64,000 nucleotides of DNA from Tubiluchus corallicola (taxonomy: Eukaryota; Animalia; Priapulida): assembly GCA_030141605.1 (NCBI GenBank), contig JAQGDQ010000049.1, positions 372,001-436,000 on the forward strand, written 5' to 3'. Under the pieces are notes generated by a model, which had not been told where the DNA came from, ran no database searches, and saw only the letters and a list, made by a program, of their open reading frames with translations. The translations under genes were made by a program, and so were the position numbers. Shown piece by piece: positions 24,251 through 36,702 of this stretch (position 1 is the stretch's first letter; every line of letters begins with the position of its first letter).

Positions 24251-25783
24251 AAGAATCGAGAATTATGAAATCATGAAACATAAAGCTAAATTTGTTTTAG
24301 AAAAAAAGTAACTTTAGTTTGAAATCTATTTCACTGAATCTTCACATAGTCTGGAAAAAAATTCAGCATTATTCTTATTGTTTATCGCTGACCCATTTTC
24401 ATTATTTTTACTGGAGCTATATTTTGTTCAATGAATCTACAATTGACGTACTTCGATATCGCTTTAGTTTTTTCTTTTTGGTTATTCCTATGAATTCTGT
24501 CTCTTGAGTTAAATCTAAATTGTTGTTTTTGCTATTTTGTTAATTTAAATATTGTTTCATACCATTTGCTATATTCATTGAATTATGTTGCCACCTAATT
24601 ATAAACTCATCTGAATTCATTATCCTAATATCTCCCTAGTTATTCATCTTTATTTTTCTTTTTAAAATGTGATTATTATCATTTTCCTTGTCTGTACTTG
24701 TCAGGTTATATAATTTCCTTTAAATTTGGATAGAGGTGCTTGACCAGGTGATGATTTACTCATGGCTTGACATTGCTTCATTTTTTTGCTTCTTATGTTG
24801 GATTGAGTCTCTTGACTTAGATGTAATTTTTTTTTGTTTTTGTTGAGTTTAAATTTTCTGTTTTGTTTGCTAATTTAAATCTTGACTCTTCTAATTGCCA
24901 AATTTATTTACTGTTTCTAAATTTAAACTCATTTGAACTTGTTGCCACATTTTTTTGTAAAGTAGCCGCTTATTTTCATTTGTACATACCTTACTTGACA
25001 GGTCACTTAATTTTGTTCAATTTGGATAGTGGTGGTTGACTTGGTGACCCTTGGTCTTTTTGCCAACCCACCTCTTTTCCGTCTTTATTTTAGTTTTTTG
25101 CTTTTGTTTATGTTTATTTTGTAACATTCAGAGACAAATAAATTATTTACTTACTTATTTAATGCACTTGTAATGCATGTATATGTTTATTGCGAAATAA
25201 ATCTATGACGAGTATTGAATTGAAAAAAATGACCAATTGGTCTTTTGCTGCTCCTTGAACTATGAATTTATTTTCACACATCAAAATACAATATCATACA
25301 CAGTAATAAAAACTAAATAAAATGATTTGAGTAGTGCGAGGTGAGTGTACGACCATACGGTCATTAACACACTCACCTTACTTAAAAGAAAAAAATATTA
25401 TAGTTATGCGTGCTTGTGTAGATAACTTAATATAATTGTTGTAATAAAGTAAATGATGTAATAATAGCAAGGAAACATAAGGAAAACAATAGTTTCTTAA
25501 ATAAATAAAAGATTATGATTATGTATTGACGTTTTCAAATATTGTTATTAAATAAATAAGAACAGCGGACGCTGCCAGTACGGCTAAACACTCAATTCGC
25601 GACCCGTCTCTAGTGTCCTACTGGGGCTGCACATGTACGCCAATTGTCCTACTCCGCTCCCAACACTCTCTTACCTCTAACTTAAGCCAATATTACAAAA
25701 CCCGCTACAAGGTCGATTATGTGACCACATCCAAATTTATCTCAACATGTGTACCATCAAAAACCAAAAATCGTGCAAGGATA

Positions 25784-26759
25784 CTGTTGGGAGCCGTTTG
25801 GACCACTGCGCCAAGTAGACCAATTGGTCTACTTGGGCTAGCCTAAGTAGACCGCGGTCTACATGGGCTAGCCCAAGTAGACCGCGGTCTACTTGGGCTG
25901 CCCAAGTAGAACACTAGAGACAGGTCGTGAATTCAGTCGTTAAGTGTACTGACACCGTCCGTTGTGCTTGTTTATGTAATAATAATAATTAAAAACGTTA
26001 ATACACGTTGAATAATTTATTATACATCTAATAAAATAAAAGAATTTTATTCTGAGCTGGTAGAACGGACAATATTAAATTTGGTTTCGATATTAATGTT
26101 GTTGAAGTGAAAAAACCTCACTTTTTTGCGAATTCAACATTTGTTTAAGGTATATCATTTTTGATTTTGTCTCACTTCACAAACAGGTGATCCGTTTCAC
26201 TACCTCTTGGGCAAATAATTGTTTTCTTATAAGTAAACGTTCTAGCGATCTATGTGTCCTACATGGGCTAGCGAGCCATGTAGGACAGTGCCCTACATGT
26301 TACAATACTACTGATAATATTAAAACTAATTATCCTTGCTTTTCTTAAATGTTAAAAATTACTTTTTGGTGTTGTGAAGGCTTAGCAGCATCTGTCTCAT
26401 TTTTAAATTTGCAATTATTTCTGTAATAACTGTGTGCAGAATTTCTCTCTTTAAAGCATTAGATACTAGGTTTAATGTTATGATATATTAATGGAGTTAA
26501 TCATAATGATGAAATTATTGTAAGAAATGCATTTGTAAATTGCCAAGGAATATCCATTTCTAAAAGAAATTTTGTTTTATGCTTTATTATGTCATAACAA
26601 TACTTATAAACAATGGTAATATAAACTGGAAACAAGTTTTGCCAGAGCAAGTTTCTCGACAAAAATCGCTAGTGTCCTACTTGGGCTGCCCATGTAGGAC
26701 ACTACTTTTAGCGCATCAAGTGGTCTACTTGGCGCAGTGGTCCAAACGGCTCCCAACAG
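25784..26759. mobile_element. Non-autonomous TIR (foldback-like) element with palindromic subterminal arrays
   Basis: Perfect ~39 bp TIR CTGTTGGGAGCCGTTTGGACCACTGCGCCAAGTAGACCA at both ends; internal alternating GGTCTACTTGGGC motifs; no ORF. Confidence 0.75.
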
Positions 26760-26899
26760 ATCTAATGACTAAGAGTAGGATCCACAAAGAAATCTTCGTG
26801 CAGCGTTTATGATATTCATTTCACTTCTGCTTTATTTATACTATGAATAAAATTAATATGAATTAATATAATCAATACTTGGATTAAGCAGTTAAGCAG

Positions 26900-27300
26900 C
26901 AGAAGGAAGTTGACGGTTTTCAAAGACGCCTCTATAGGAAATTACTAGCAGTTAAATGGCCTAACAGAATATTCAACGAAAACCTGTATAATGTAGTTAA
27001 GAAGAATCCTTGGAGTTAACAAATACAAGCAAAAAGATTGCACTGGATTGGGCATGCGCTAAGATAACCCCAAGTGTCTTGTCCTCCTCCTATAGCATTA
27101 TGTAAAGCTCTTGAAACGACAAAAAAGCCAAGAGGACGTTAGCTACTTATATATGTAGATATACTGCAAAACGATTTAGCAATACAATTCTAGATTTGAG
27201 GAATGATGCATCTTGGGCAGTGGCAGCAGACGGGAATGGGCGGCATCAACAGGTGGGATGTTCCATATTTTTTATGACGTAGTAGCACTGAAGCGATGAC
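26900..27300 (+). mobile_element. Decayed 3' fragment of an RTE-clade LINE
   Basis: Translates EVDGFQRRLYRKLLAVKWPNRIFNENLY...PWS*QIQAKRLHWIGHALR, homologous to 31120-31450. Confidence 0.7.
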
Positions 27301-27304
27301 AACT

Positions 27305-28260
27305 TGGGGCCTTGGGCCCATTTTTATTACTTATTAATGATGCAGTCAATGACATTTTTTATTACTTATTAATGATGTAGTCAATGAATGTGGACCGCCT
27401 GTCCCCAATAAAGTATTCGCTGATGATACCAAATTTTATTCAGTTCGTAAGTACAGCAATGAGCTTCAAGATACTCTAGTTTAATTTAATGCCTGGTCTC
27501 TAGAGTGGCAAGTCTCTAGAGACTAGGAAGTGTTAAATTTTAAATCCAGGGTTGGACACTGGTTTTGATTACGAGCTCAAAAATATTATGCTTCCCACTG
27601 TCAGTAGGTCAAGGGATTTGGGTGTCATTATTGACTCTAAACTCACTTATAAACTCATTAAAAATGCATTTTATGTTACTGGTGTTATTTTTACTTAAGT
27701 GGTTTTTAACAAAAGCCATAGGTGCTCTTACCAATGCTTAAGTGCCATCAATTTTGGAATATTGTTCTGCTGTATGGAATCCTTTATTGAATATATATGA
27801 CCAGAATGCATATACTGGTCTTACCAATGCAATTAAATATGTGCAAAAATCGTTCACACGTGCAGGTTGCTTGGCAGGTCTGCCCATAGAATGGGTTACC
27901 CATAGAAGGAATGATTACGTGTACTCGGTATGGACCCACAAAAACTTAGAAGGATTGGAGGTGACCTGATTATGGTTTTCAAAATCGTTAGAGTTGATCT
28001 ATGTTTAACTGATGCATCATAATGTCACAGTAAATTCACACTTAGCTCGACCACTATGAGGGCCGGGCCATCCTTATAAACTTTTTCTTCCTAGGGGTGA
28101 AAAACTGCAAGACAAAACTTTTTCTTTGTCAGAACTGCATCACTTTGGAATTCTCTTCTTTCTCATGTTGTCATGGATCCCTCTTTAGCTTCCTTCAAAC
28201 TCTCTAAAAATTGTAATTAATGATCATCTCAAAATGTTTTGCCAGTTTAAAGGACACTTT
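27305..28260 (+). mobile_element. Decayed CR1-like LINE, RT C-terminal half
   Basis: Remnants VFADDTKFY, KDLGVIIDSKLT, PSILEYCSAVWNP, VQKSFTR, DLIMVFKIV and LWNSL, with frameshifts. Confidence 0.75.
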
Positions 28261-28971
28261 TGATTGTAGTGGTCTCCTAAATTCTCATGCACATGCAATT
28301 TGTAAATATTTATTTTACAATAGCCATTAACCATTTATATGGTTTACCTGTATGCATTGTTGAAATTTTATAAATTCTCACCCAAGTGTCTCTTTCTGCT
28401 TATCTGTCGTAATTGTATAAAGTTTTCGATGATCAATACTTTTATTGTACTAACTTGTCGGGCTCCTTAACTCACTGTTGCAAAGTTGAAAATAATTATG
28501 ATACTGTGCATTAGATTTTTTGTGCCTTGTAGCACTGGTTGCTTTAGCACTTGAAATTTTTTACTATTTATTTGTGCATTATTACTTCATTAAAAGTGCA
28601 AATTGAATTCAATGCATCACAATCAAGGAAAGTGCTAAACTTACTCTTGGCAAAATATGGCACAGTACCGCCAAGGTCTCCTCAGTTTAATTTATTAATT
28701 ACTATTAGTTAATTGGTCATATTTATAATATAAGTGTCTATTTTTTTTGCAGTTTCCCAGATTACTGATTGATGTTCTGTTGCAATAAATGAACTTGAAA
28801 CATGAAAATAGCTTACAAAATCTAGGAGACCAATAACCATAACATGGTTTTTAAGGTCCCTCCTCAGCGATTTTCAAAATTGAGCCAGATTTGATGCTTC
28901 AACAATTAGCAAAAGCTCAAAACAGAAAATTGTGGGTTGCCTTACTGGACTCGAAATCAGAAGATGTAATA

Positions 28972-29745
28972 GGGTACACCCATTTTGGCATGGACATTTG
29001 GGCAAGGCCAGTTGGGTACAGGACATTTGAGCACAGGGACACTTCGGCACGAGACATATGGGCAAAAAATTATTGAATTTTTAATGATTCATTATATTCC
29101 TAACTGTCGTGATGTTTAATCACACAATTAAAATCAGTTTGTTGCTTTTTTGCACTTTCTCCACCTTCAGCATTATAATTAGCCTATGTGCAGTTTTTAA
29201 AATGAACAAAGCATGTCATTAACATGAACAGTGAGATTAGGTTGTTCATTATTAGCAATGCTTATTCCAAGCGGGTCGACGATAACCTATCATTACTATT
29301 CATTGAGCACTTGGTATGCTTTAAGTCAAGTTGCTTATACTAGCTGCCTATTCAAAAGAAAGCAGATCAATTAGTGAGCAAAAATGCTTAATACATGACT
29401 ATTACTTTCAAGACTGAACTTTTTCACGACATTGCTTCTTCTACATGCAGTAGCGGAGGTTTTATGCATCGTGAGTGTTTTAGTTATTGCTAGGCTAAGT
29501 GTCAATTACACGATCGTATTCACAAAAGTAATTATATTTATTTACTTATAAAAACTTTAGGTAAATTTCAAAATTTAGCGTATAACTAAGCAATGAAAGA
29601 GGATTCACCTAATAAACCAACTATAACCATTTTGTTTTGTTGAGCAACACAGAAATTAGTTTCATGTTCTAGTGCATTATGCGTTGATTCTAGTGCCCAA
29701 ATGTCTCACTCGCAAGTGGGTTGGCGCCAAAGTGTCTGGCATGCA
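28972..29745. mobile_element. Probable MITE with inverted arrays of ~15 bp GACATTTGGGCAC-like subterminal repeats
   Basis: About 6 direct copies at 28975-29063, and reverse-complement copies (GTGCCCAAATGTC, GCGCCAAAGTGTC) at 29693-29742. Confidence 0.5.
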
Positions 29746-30029
29746 AAAGGCTGCAGCATAAGTGGGTATGACCAAATTAATGACCTGTTCCCTGATAGAT
29801 TGCTCTTTGTTTTTGTATCTTTTAGCAAAAGCTTGTATAATGTCTCCTATTATAGATGCCCTGGCTTCTATGCAGATTCGCTCAGCCTTTCGTTTCAGTC
29901 TTCTCAACTTTTGAGTGCCGATTATTAACTGTGTCGTCGCAAAGGAAGAAAGTTATGATAAGGCAGTGATTCGCAAAACTTTTCTCATTAATAAGAGTTC
30001 TTCTATTGACAGAACCGCACTTTGGGAGT

Positions 30030-31520
30030 GCAGTGAAAAGTATGGATCAGAAAATTTATATGCAAAAATTGCTGAAATTCTAAACAATATTTGCAAAACA
30101 GGCACATTTCCACAGGATATTCAAAAAGGAATACTTATCCCTTTACCCAAGCCAGGTAAGAAACGAGGTCCTATAGAAAATCTTAGACCATTGATGTTGC
30201 TTACACTATTACGGAAGATTTTGGCTATCTGTATGTTGACTAGGATCTATGACAGGTTACACACTTACATTCCAACAAGCCAAGCAGCATATCAACCAGG
30301 ACGGAATACTACTGAATTAGTACAAGCCTGTAAATTACTAGCCGAGAAAGCCATCTCTTCTGCTGATTACTCAATATATATTCTCATGATCGATATGTCA
30401 AAGTCCTTTGATTGCGTTCGGAGAAAAACTCTGCTTTGCTGTCTGGAAGAAATCCTTCAACCTGATGAAATATACATCATAAGGATAATGTTAGAAAATC
30501 TATTAATTCAAGTCAGGTGTGAAGGGAAATTGAGTCATTCATTTTCTACAAACAAAGGAGTACCTCAGGGTGACTGTCTAAGCCATGTACTTTTTACTTT
30601 ATATCTTGACATAGCTCTCACTGAGGACAAAGTTGTACCATTGAAAGACCCAGAAGATCACAACTACACAATTCTTGATCCTAAATTAATACCGAATGAA
30701 GTAAGACAAGAACATAGTTACAGCTCTCTACAAAGTAAGTCAACTACTATATCAATGCAGTATGCTGATGATGTGGCATGGATTACAAGAAACAAGGAAG
30801 AAGTAGATGAAATAAAAAACTCAATACAGGAGAAACTGAACAGAATGGATCTCATTGTAAACAAAAATAAAACTGAAGATGTTCATATTCATGGTGATGA
30901 ATCATGGCAAAGATGCAAGTATCTCGGTAGTCTGCTGGCAACAGAAGATGACATATCAAGATGGAAGATAATGGCATTATCAGCTTACTCAAAACTCACA
31001 AACGTTTTTGAGAATAGAAGATTTCTTTGGAAACAAAAATTAGAATATTCTCAGCCTTAGTTGAAACTGTATTTCTGTATAACTCTGAACTCTGGACATT
31101 AAAAGGAAATCATAAAGCTGAAATCGATGCATTTCAAAGGCGAAACTACAGAAACATTTTGGGTATTAGATGGCCAAAGAAAATTTCAAACAAAGATCTA
31201 TATGAATAAATAAAAGAAGAACCTTGGACAAGAAAAATAAAAAGATGCCGTTTAAGATGGATTGGGCATATGCTTAGACTACCTGATGATGTTCCAGTGA
31301 AAATAGCTCTTCAACAAACCATAGAACCGTCTAAAAAACCTGCAGGAGGACAAATGTTAACATATTTAGATTTTGCACAGAAAGATTTAAACACTTCAGC
31401 ATTAATCCTTAGGAATAAATCCACTTGGGGCATTGCAGCGAGCAGTCCTGGCATAGGGAGGTGAGCAGAATCATGTCCCTGGACGTGTGATCCATTGGAC
31501 ATGATGATGATGATGCAGTG
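30030..31520 (+). mobile_element. 5'-truncated RTE-clade LINE with near-intact reverse transcriptase
   Basis: ORF 29915-31060 contains GILIPLPKPGK, NLRPLMLL, QAAYQPGRNT, IDMSKSFD, GVPQGDCLS, QYADD and KYLGS. There is a frameshift near 31027 and a stop at 31209, then RLRWIGHMLRL and an (ATG)n tail at 31501-31515. Confidence 0.88.
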
Positions 31521-31734
31521 AAAAATTCTCGTTTTACTTTTCAGGTCATCATCCATCTATTTGCTATTGCATTTGCAGGGTCTCTTGACAGTACTTAAAT
31601 TTTCCATTGAGGGTAGTTATCCCGAAATTGTTGCATGCTTTGTTGTGTATTTGTATAATAGTTCTGTTACTTTGGAATTTGGATGCGTATATTTGTCATG
31701 AATAAAACGTTGAATGCCCTTTATAGTTTTACAA

Positions 31735-32958
31735 CAGATTATTTATTTCCTTCAGGAACTTTTGCCCTAACTGGCCTCATCAGCTGAGAATTACAGATAA
31801 AATATTAAAACAGTATGTACCAATGCAAAAAAGGAAAATTCAAAGCTAAAACATCATTTCTTTAAAAATATAATAAGTTAGGAAGAATAAAAACGATTGC
31901 ATAGCTAGAAAAGACCACGCACTTTACAGTAGATGTTACAAGAATAAAACCTAATTAAATAAAGTAAGAAGAATAAATTGACATACCTGAATGGAGTGTG
32001 CTGCTAACCGAGAGAGAGGTTTATAAAATTGGAGGTTTGTAAACACTAAGCAAAATAAGTACCTGTACTCTGTAGTATATTATTATGAGAGGTACATAAA
32101 ATCCAATTGTCTGTGGTGTGTTACACTATGTAAATCACTTTTGAACTTAAAGTCAAATAAAAGTCCATTAAAATTGCGAAAGCAGAGAAAGGAAAATTAT
32201 AGTACAAAGTTTGAGTAATAATTTTATGTTAAAATGCTAAATGCATCCAGGGATCAACAGAGAAACACAGAAGAAAGAAAAATCAGTTTAACAGCTGCCA
32301 TACTTTGTTGTCCAAATTAATTTTTGGTTTCAGTTTTTTATATGTTTTGATTCTGCATAAAAGTCTGTAAAGATGATCTTTAGCTCTGTACTGGATGATT
32401 GCACTAAATGGAGGGATTGGAATGGATTTTGTAATGTTCACCCCAGGGTGAGTCGGATGTGTGATTCTTGCAGCCCTTATTGTGTTTCATAAGGCGGGCC
32501 CTAACAGGTCGTTCGGTTTAACCCACACATATATCTTATGGCAAATATTACAATCTAGTCTACTAACCACATTGATAACAGTACATTTATCTTTAGCCCG
32601 CAGAGACAAACAAGTAAGGGGCATGTTTACCTGCAAGGAAGGGGTGGGGAGGAGAGAAAAAGTGACAAGATTATTTTTTAATGGTATTACTGTTCCAAAA
32701 AGTTACTCTGATATTTAGATAATGATTTCTAGCCATATTTCGTGCTGTGTTGGTATGTGAAAGCACTAGAGTTTTGTCAAAACTATGGTTAATGGCTTTA
32801 CGATTTCTAACTTATATTTTATATCAGTGGTGTGTTTGCTTAAATTAATCTTTTCTTTTTTCACACTGGTATATACTTGTTTTAATGTTGCATCTGTAAT
32901 TTTCAACTGAGGAGGCCCGTTAGGGCAAAAGCTTCTGAAAGAAATAATTTATAATCTG
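31735..32958. mobile_element. Penelope-like element remnant: inverted terminal repeats each carrying a hammerhead-like motif
   Basis: 31735-31830 and 32865-32958 are diverged reverse complements containing CTGANGA-stem-AAAA; a third copy lies at 49695-49790. Confidence 0.5.
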
Positions 32959-33039
32959 TTATGAGACTAAAGGACATTCAATGTTTTATTCATGCTAAAG
33001 ATGGAAAGTATTATAGGAGCTGTTCTCATATTCTGCATG

Positions 33040-33230
33040 TATCCAATGCAGTGTGAATGTTTCTGATGTGATTTGAAAATTTGGTGGAGACACGAATCTG
33101 TTAAAGTACCAAACATGGAAGCCATACAAAATCTACAAAATGACATATCTGAAGAATATTTAGTTGATCACAGGATTAGAACATCCTTTTTAATGTGGTT
33201 AAATGCAAGGACTTTGAAGGTACCAGTAGC
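33040..33230 (+). mobile_element. Short decayed CR1-like RT fragment
   Basis: Remnants KFGGDT (FADDT-like), LQNDI and FNVVKCK. Confidence 0.4.
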
Positions 33231-33614
33231 CCTAAAAAGGTATCATATACGGCATACTTAATTTTCCCCATCTTCGTGTGGACCATCGCTTCAAGTAAAT
33301 GTGCAATAATTTGTATGACTATTGCAGCATTTTATGCATGATTGCATTAAAACTTATAATGCTTGAAATTATTATGCATGATTCCTTGAATTTAAATTTA
33401 GTGAAATTAACATATGAATACATAATCAATAATCCAAAGATGGAGTATTAGCATGAAGGCTATTTGCGTATCCACTATACTAAGCTAGCTTAAACTGAAA
33501 TGTTAAATATAGTAGCACCACCACAGATAGAGGGAGGTCAGAACATTTTGTTCCTATTGGGGTAACAAGGGATCTATGAATTTTGATGAATTCTGCTGCC
33601 AGTGCTTGTAAAGA

Positions 33615-34115
33615 TGTCCCTTAAATTGCTCAATATTTGTTGCCTCAACTACATTTATTGGTAGCCTGTTCCATAAATTGACAACCCTGAATGAAAATAC
33701 ATGCTGACATTTTGACCAACTACCCTGGATACGATGTCTGAGTAATTTGTATGAATGACCTCTTGTCTATTGTTGTTGTTGTTGACATCTTGTAAAATAA
33801 TCATCCATGTGTGTTTTGTCAATAGCATGTAGAATTATAAAAGTTTGTATCATATCCTGTCTCATCCTGTCTCTATACTTAAGTGTGGTTAGACCAATTT
33901 CTTGAAGCCTTTATATGAACAAGTTAGGTTACTCATTCCTGGAATCAACCTGGTCATTCTTCGTTGAATTTTCTCTACTGTGTGGATAGAGATTCAGTCT
34001 TGATGGGTTCTACACCACATCTGCGTAATTAAGGATGGGTCTTACCAATGACTTATATAACCTCAGAACCATTGCTTTATCAAGAAATTGAAAATTGCAC
34101 TTGATTAGAGTTAGC
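33615..34115 (-). mobile_element. Decayed CR1-like LINE 3' fragment
   Basis: Minus strand gives LRLYKSLVRPILNY, EKIQRRMTRLIPGM, GLTTL, RGHSYKL and FRVVNLWNRLP. Confidence 0.75.
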
Positions 34116-35910
34116 CTGTGGTGAGTCTTCTGTGTGATGTACGCAATATGAGGCTATCTTATAATGTGAGCGATATAAGAAAAACATGACAATTTTATTT
34201 CAAGTTATCATTTACCCAGCAGATGTAGCATAATTTGCCTCATGATAATTTGTTTCCTCTGTATTTTTTTGCTGCATTACTGCATTCAAGTGTTATTGCA
34301 AGGTTGATGAGGGCACAACAATTTGATTTATTTACTTAGTAATATATGACTGCATTAAGCTTTTCTTTAATTTACTGAGTTATCTCATCATTTAGATATT
34401 ATCGTAGGATGATTGCACGAATATTATTATTATATTTTCTTTTTCCTTTGGCTTTTGCAACTTTTTATTAGCAAAGTTACATCGGCTTATTAAGTATTTT
34501 AAAAAATTGGATAGGAATTGTTTAACTTGCTTGACTGCCTGATAGAGAAATGAGCAAATTAACTCTTTGCAAATTAAATTAACACAGAATACGCAAACCA
34601 ATGTTTTATGGGTTAGGAAGACAAATGCTCCCAGTGACAAAGATCTGTAAATTCAATTTGCTAGTAATATATGAACTTAAAGGTATTGATAAGACAAATT
34701 GACTGGTATGAGTTACTGCCACATTGGTTAACCCGTGATGCCGAGACACAGGTCCACTATCTGTGAATCAAACACCATAAGTTTCATTAAAACCATTAAA
34801 ACTTTAAACACAAAACTACTTGTATACATGTCATTAATTATTTTCAAAAGTAATTTTTATTTGTTAATACAAAACTAAAGCTGTCACTTAAAGCACTTGT
34901 TTCTACAGAACACGTTACAACAGTTTTGACAGTCAAAAATGTTGACTAGTTATGATTATTATTGTGTATGAGTGCATATCTGCCAAATGTTGTGTATATT
35001 TGTGTGACTATGCACTTCTCTACACACATTCAAGTATATCAAGTATGCTGTTGTGCAGAGTTTGTTTGACAATTTGTAACGCATCCGCATAACGAAAAAG
35101 GCAGCCAAGCTTGCTACAATAGTTGGATGGTTTATTGCACTTTTGAGCCCACAGCATGATTATATTAAACATAAGGCAGTATACATGTAAAATTACCAAT
35201 AATATTTTTTGTCCTGTTAAACAATCTACCAATAAAATTCTTTGTCTTGCTAAGCATTGATCGTTATGAATTATGACGAGCTTTTGCTAATGTACCCAGA
35301 AATTTGCACTACTAACTTCCAAGCATGAATGTTCAAAGTGCTTAAAATTTAAACCAAGTCAGTGTGCTGTGGTGCGAAATAAAAAGACTGAGCATTGTGT
35401 CCTAGTATTTCTTGCTAGCTAACTAGCTTTTTACTTCATGGCTCGATTTAATGGTTTCCAGACTTGAACATTCTCACTAAACACATATTTGCCATAAACT
35501 CCCTTTTCATTTGCAAGTGGTAGTCTGCATCTTTGCTTAATTAGGCCCTGCGATAATAATTGTTACAGTAACGTAATTGCCACATGCAAAGCTGTTTCGA
35601 TTTATTGGTTAGCTTACTGGTATTCTGCCTTGTCTTAATTAAGCTTGTCTGAATAAACTTGTCTTCTTCAAGTTCTCCAAGCTGCATACGGACTCAAAGA
35701 ATTTTTCTGAGTAAACAGTCGTTCTTAAAGGTAGCATCTTAATACGAATTACAGTGTGTGGTTAGCTACACAAGAATGAATGTACAGTGAATCAAAAGTC
35801 TGCCGTGTTTGACCTTTTCTGTCACATGATGTTACAAAACATGTTCAGATGCCAATCTTAGCTCAAGTACAAAGTAACCTGGCCTTCTCAACTAATTCTA
35901 GATCTCTGAC

Positions 35911-35911
<1 letters not shown>

Positions 35912-35949
<38 letters not shown>

Positions 35950-35984
35950 TATTATTGTTGTTATTGTTATTATTATTATTATTT
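35912..35984. repeat. (ATT)n microsatellite
   Basis: ATT/GTT triplet run. Confidence 0.9.
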
Positions 35985-36595
35985 TAACTTTGATTGAATT
36001 CGGATCAAAGAATTAAACAGGATATATATAATGTATATCCACCCTATTCTGTTCTTATATGGTTACTAAATTACTGCTTAATGCATACATTGTGACCGAT
36101 GGAGGTTTTGCTTCTTCTTAATGATTAGGCTATCCACCACGGTTCAATGATGGTTGGCACTAGTTGCAACCCCGGTATCAATCACAATTTATCGACTAGT
36201 TAAAGCAAATGTTGGCTTGTAATGAAAGGAATATGTAGACGTATTGATTTGCTTATTGTGTGCAGCAGTGCACACAGGAGTAATGTATTTGTGCCAAATC
36301 CAGCCTGCCTTCAGATATGATTCTTGTACTCTAAGTTTCTCTTGCTGCATTGAATATTATATGTGCCTATGGTGTAGACTTTAGTCAGATTAATTTAATT
36401 TCATTCAATTAGCTTAATTAGAATCTTGATTAATTTTGACAAGATAGGTAGTTGAGCGTGATTTAAGCATTTCTGCATCATAAATGAACTTCAGTAATTT
36501 ATACTGGTATGTGATATCATGGATGAGAATAATACAGGATCAAAGTACTATGTCTGTTGAAGGGTAAAATTGCTTACTGATGAATGAGATTCTTG

Positions 36596-36702
36596 AAAGG
36601 GAAAGAGAAGAAAGAGAGAGAGAGAGCGAGGAGGGCGAGAGGGGGAAGCGAAACACTGCCGGAAGGAAGAGAAGGGGAAGGAGAAGGAGAAGAAAGAGAA
36701 AG
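36596..36702. repeat. GA-rich low-complexity tract (another at 18270-18380)
   Basis: Polypurine (GA)n-like run. Confidence 0.75.

Noticed and set aside
25811-25910. 30 bp-period palindromic repeats resembling a CRISPR array
   Set aside because: No unique spacers, no cas genes, eukaryotic context; lies within a TIR element.
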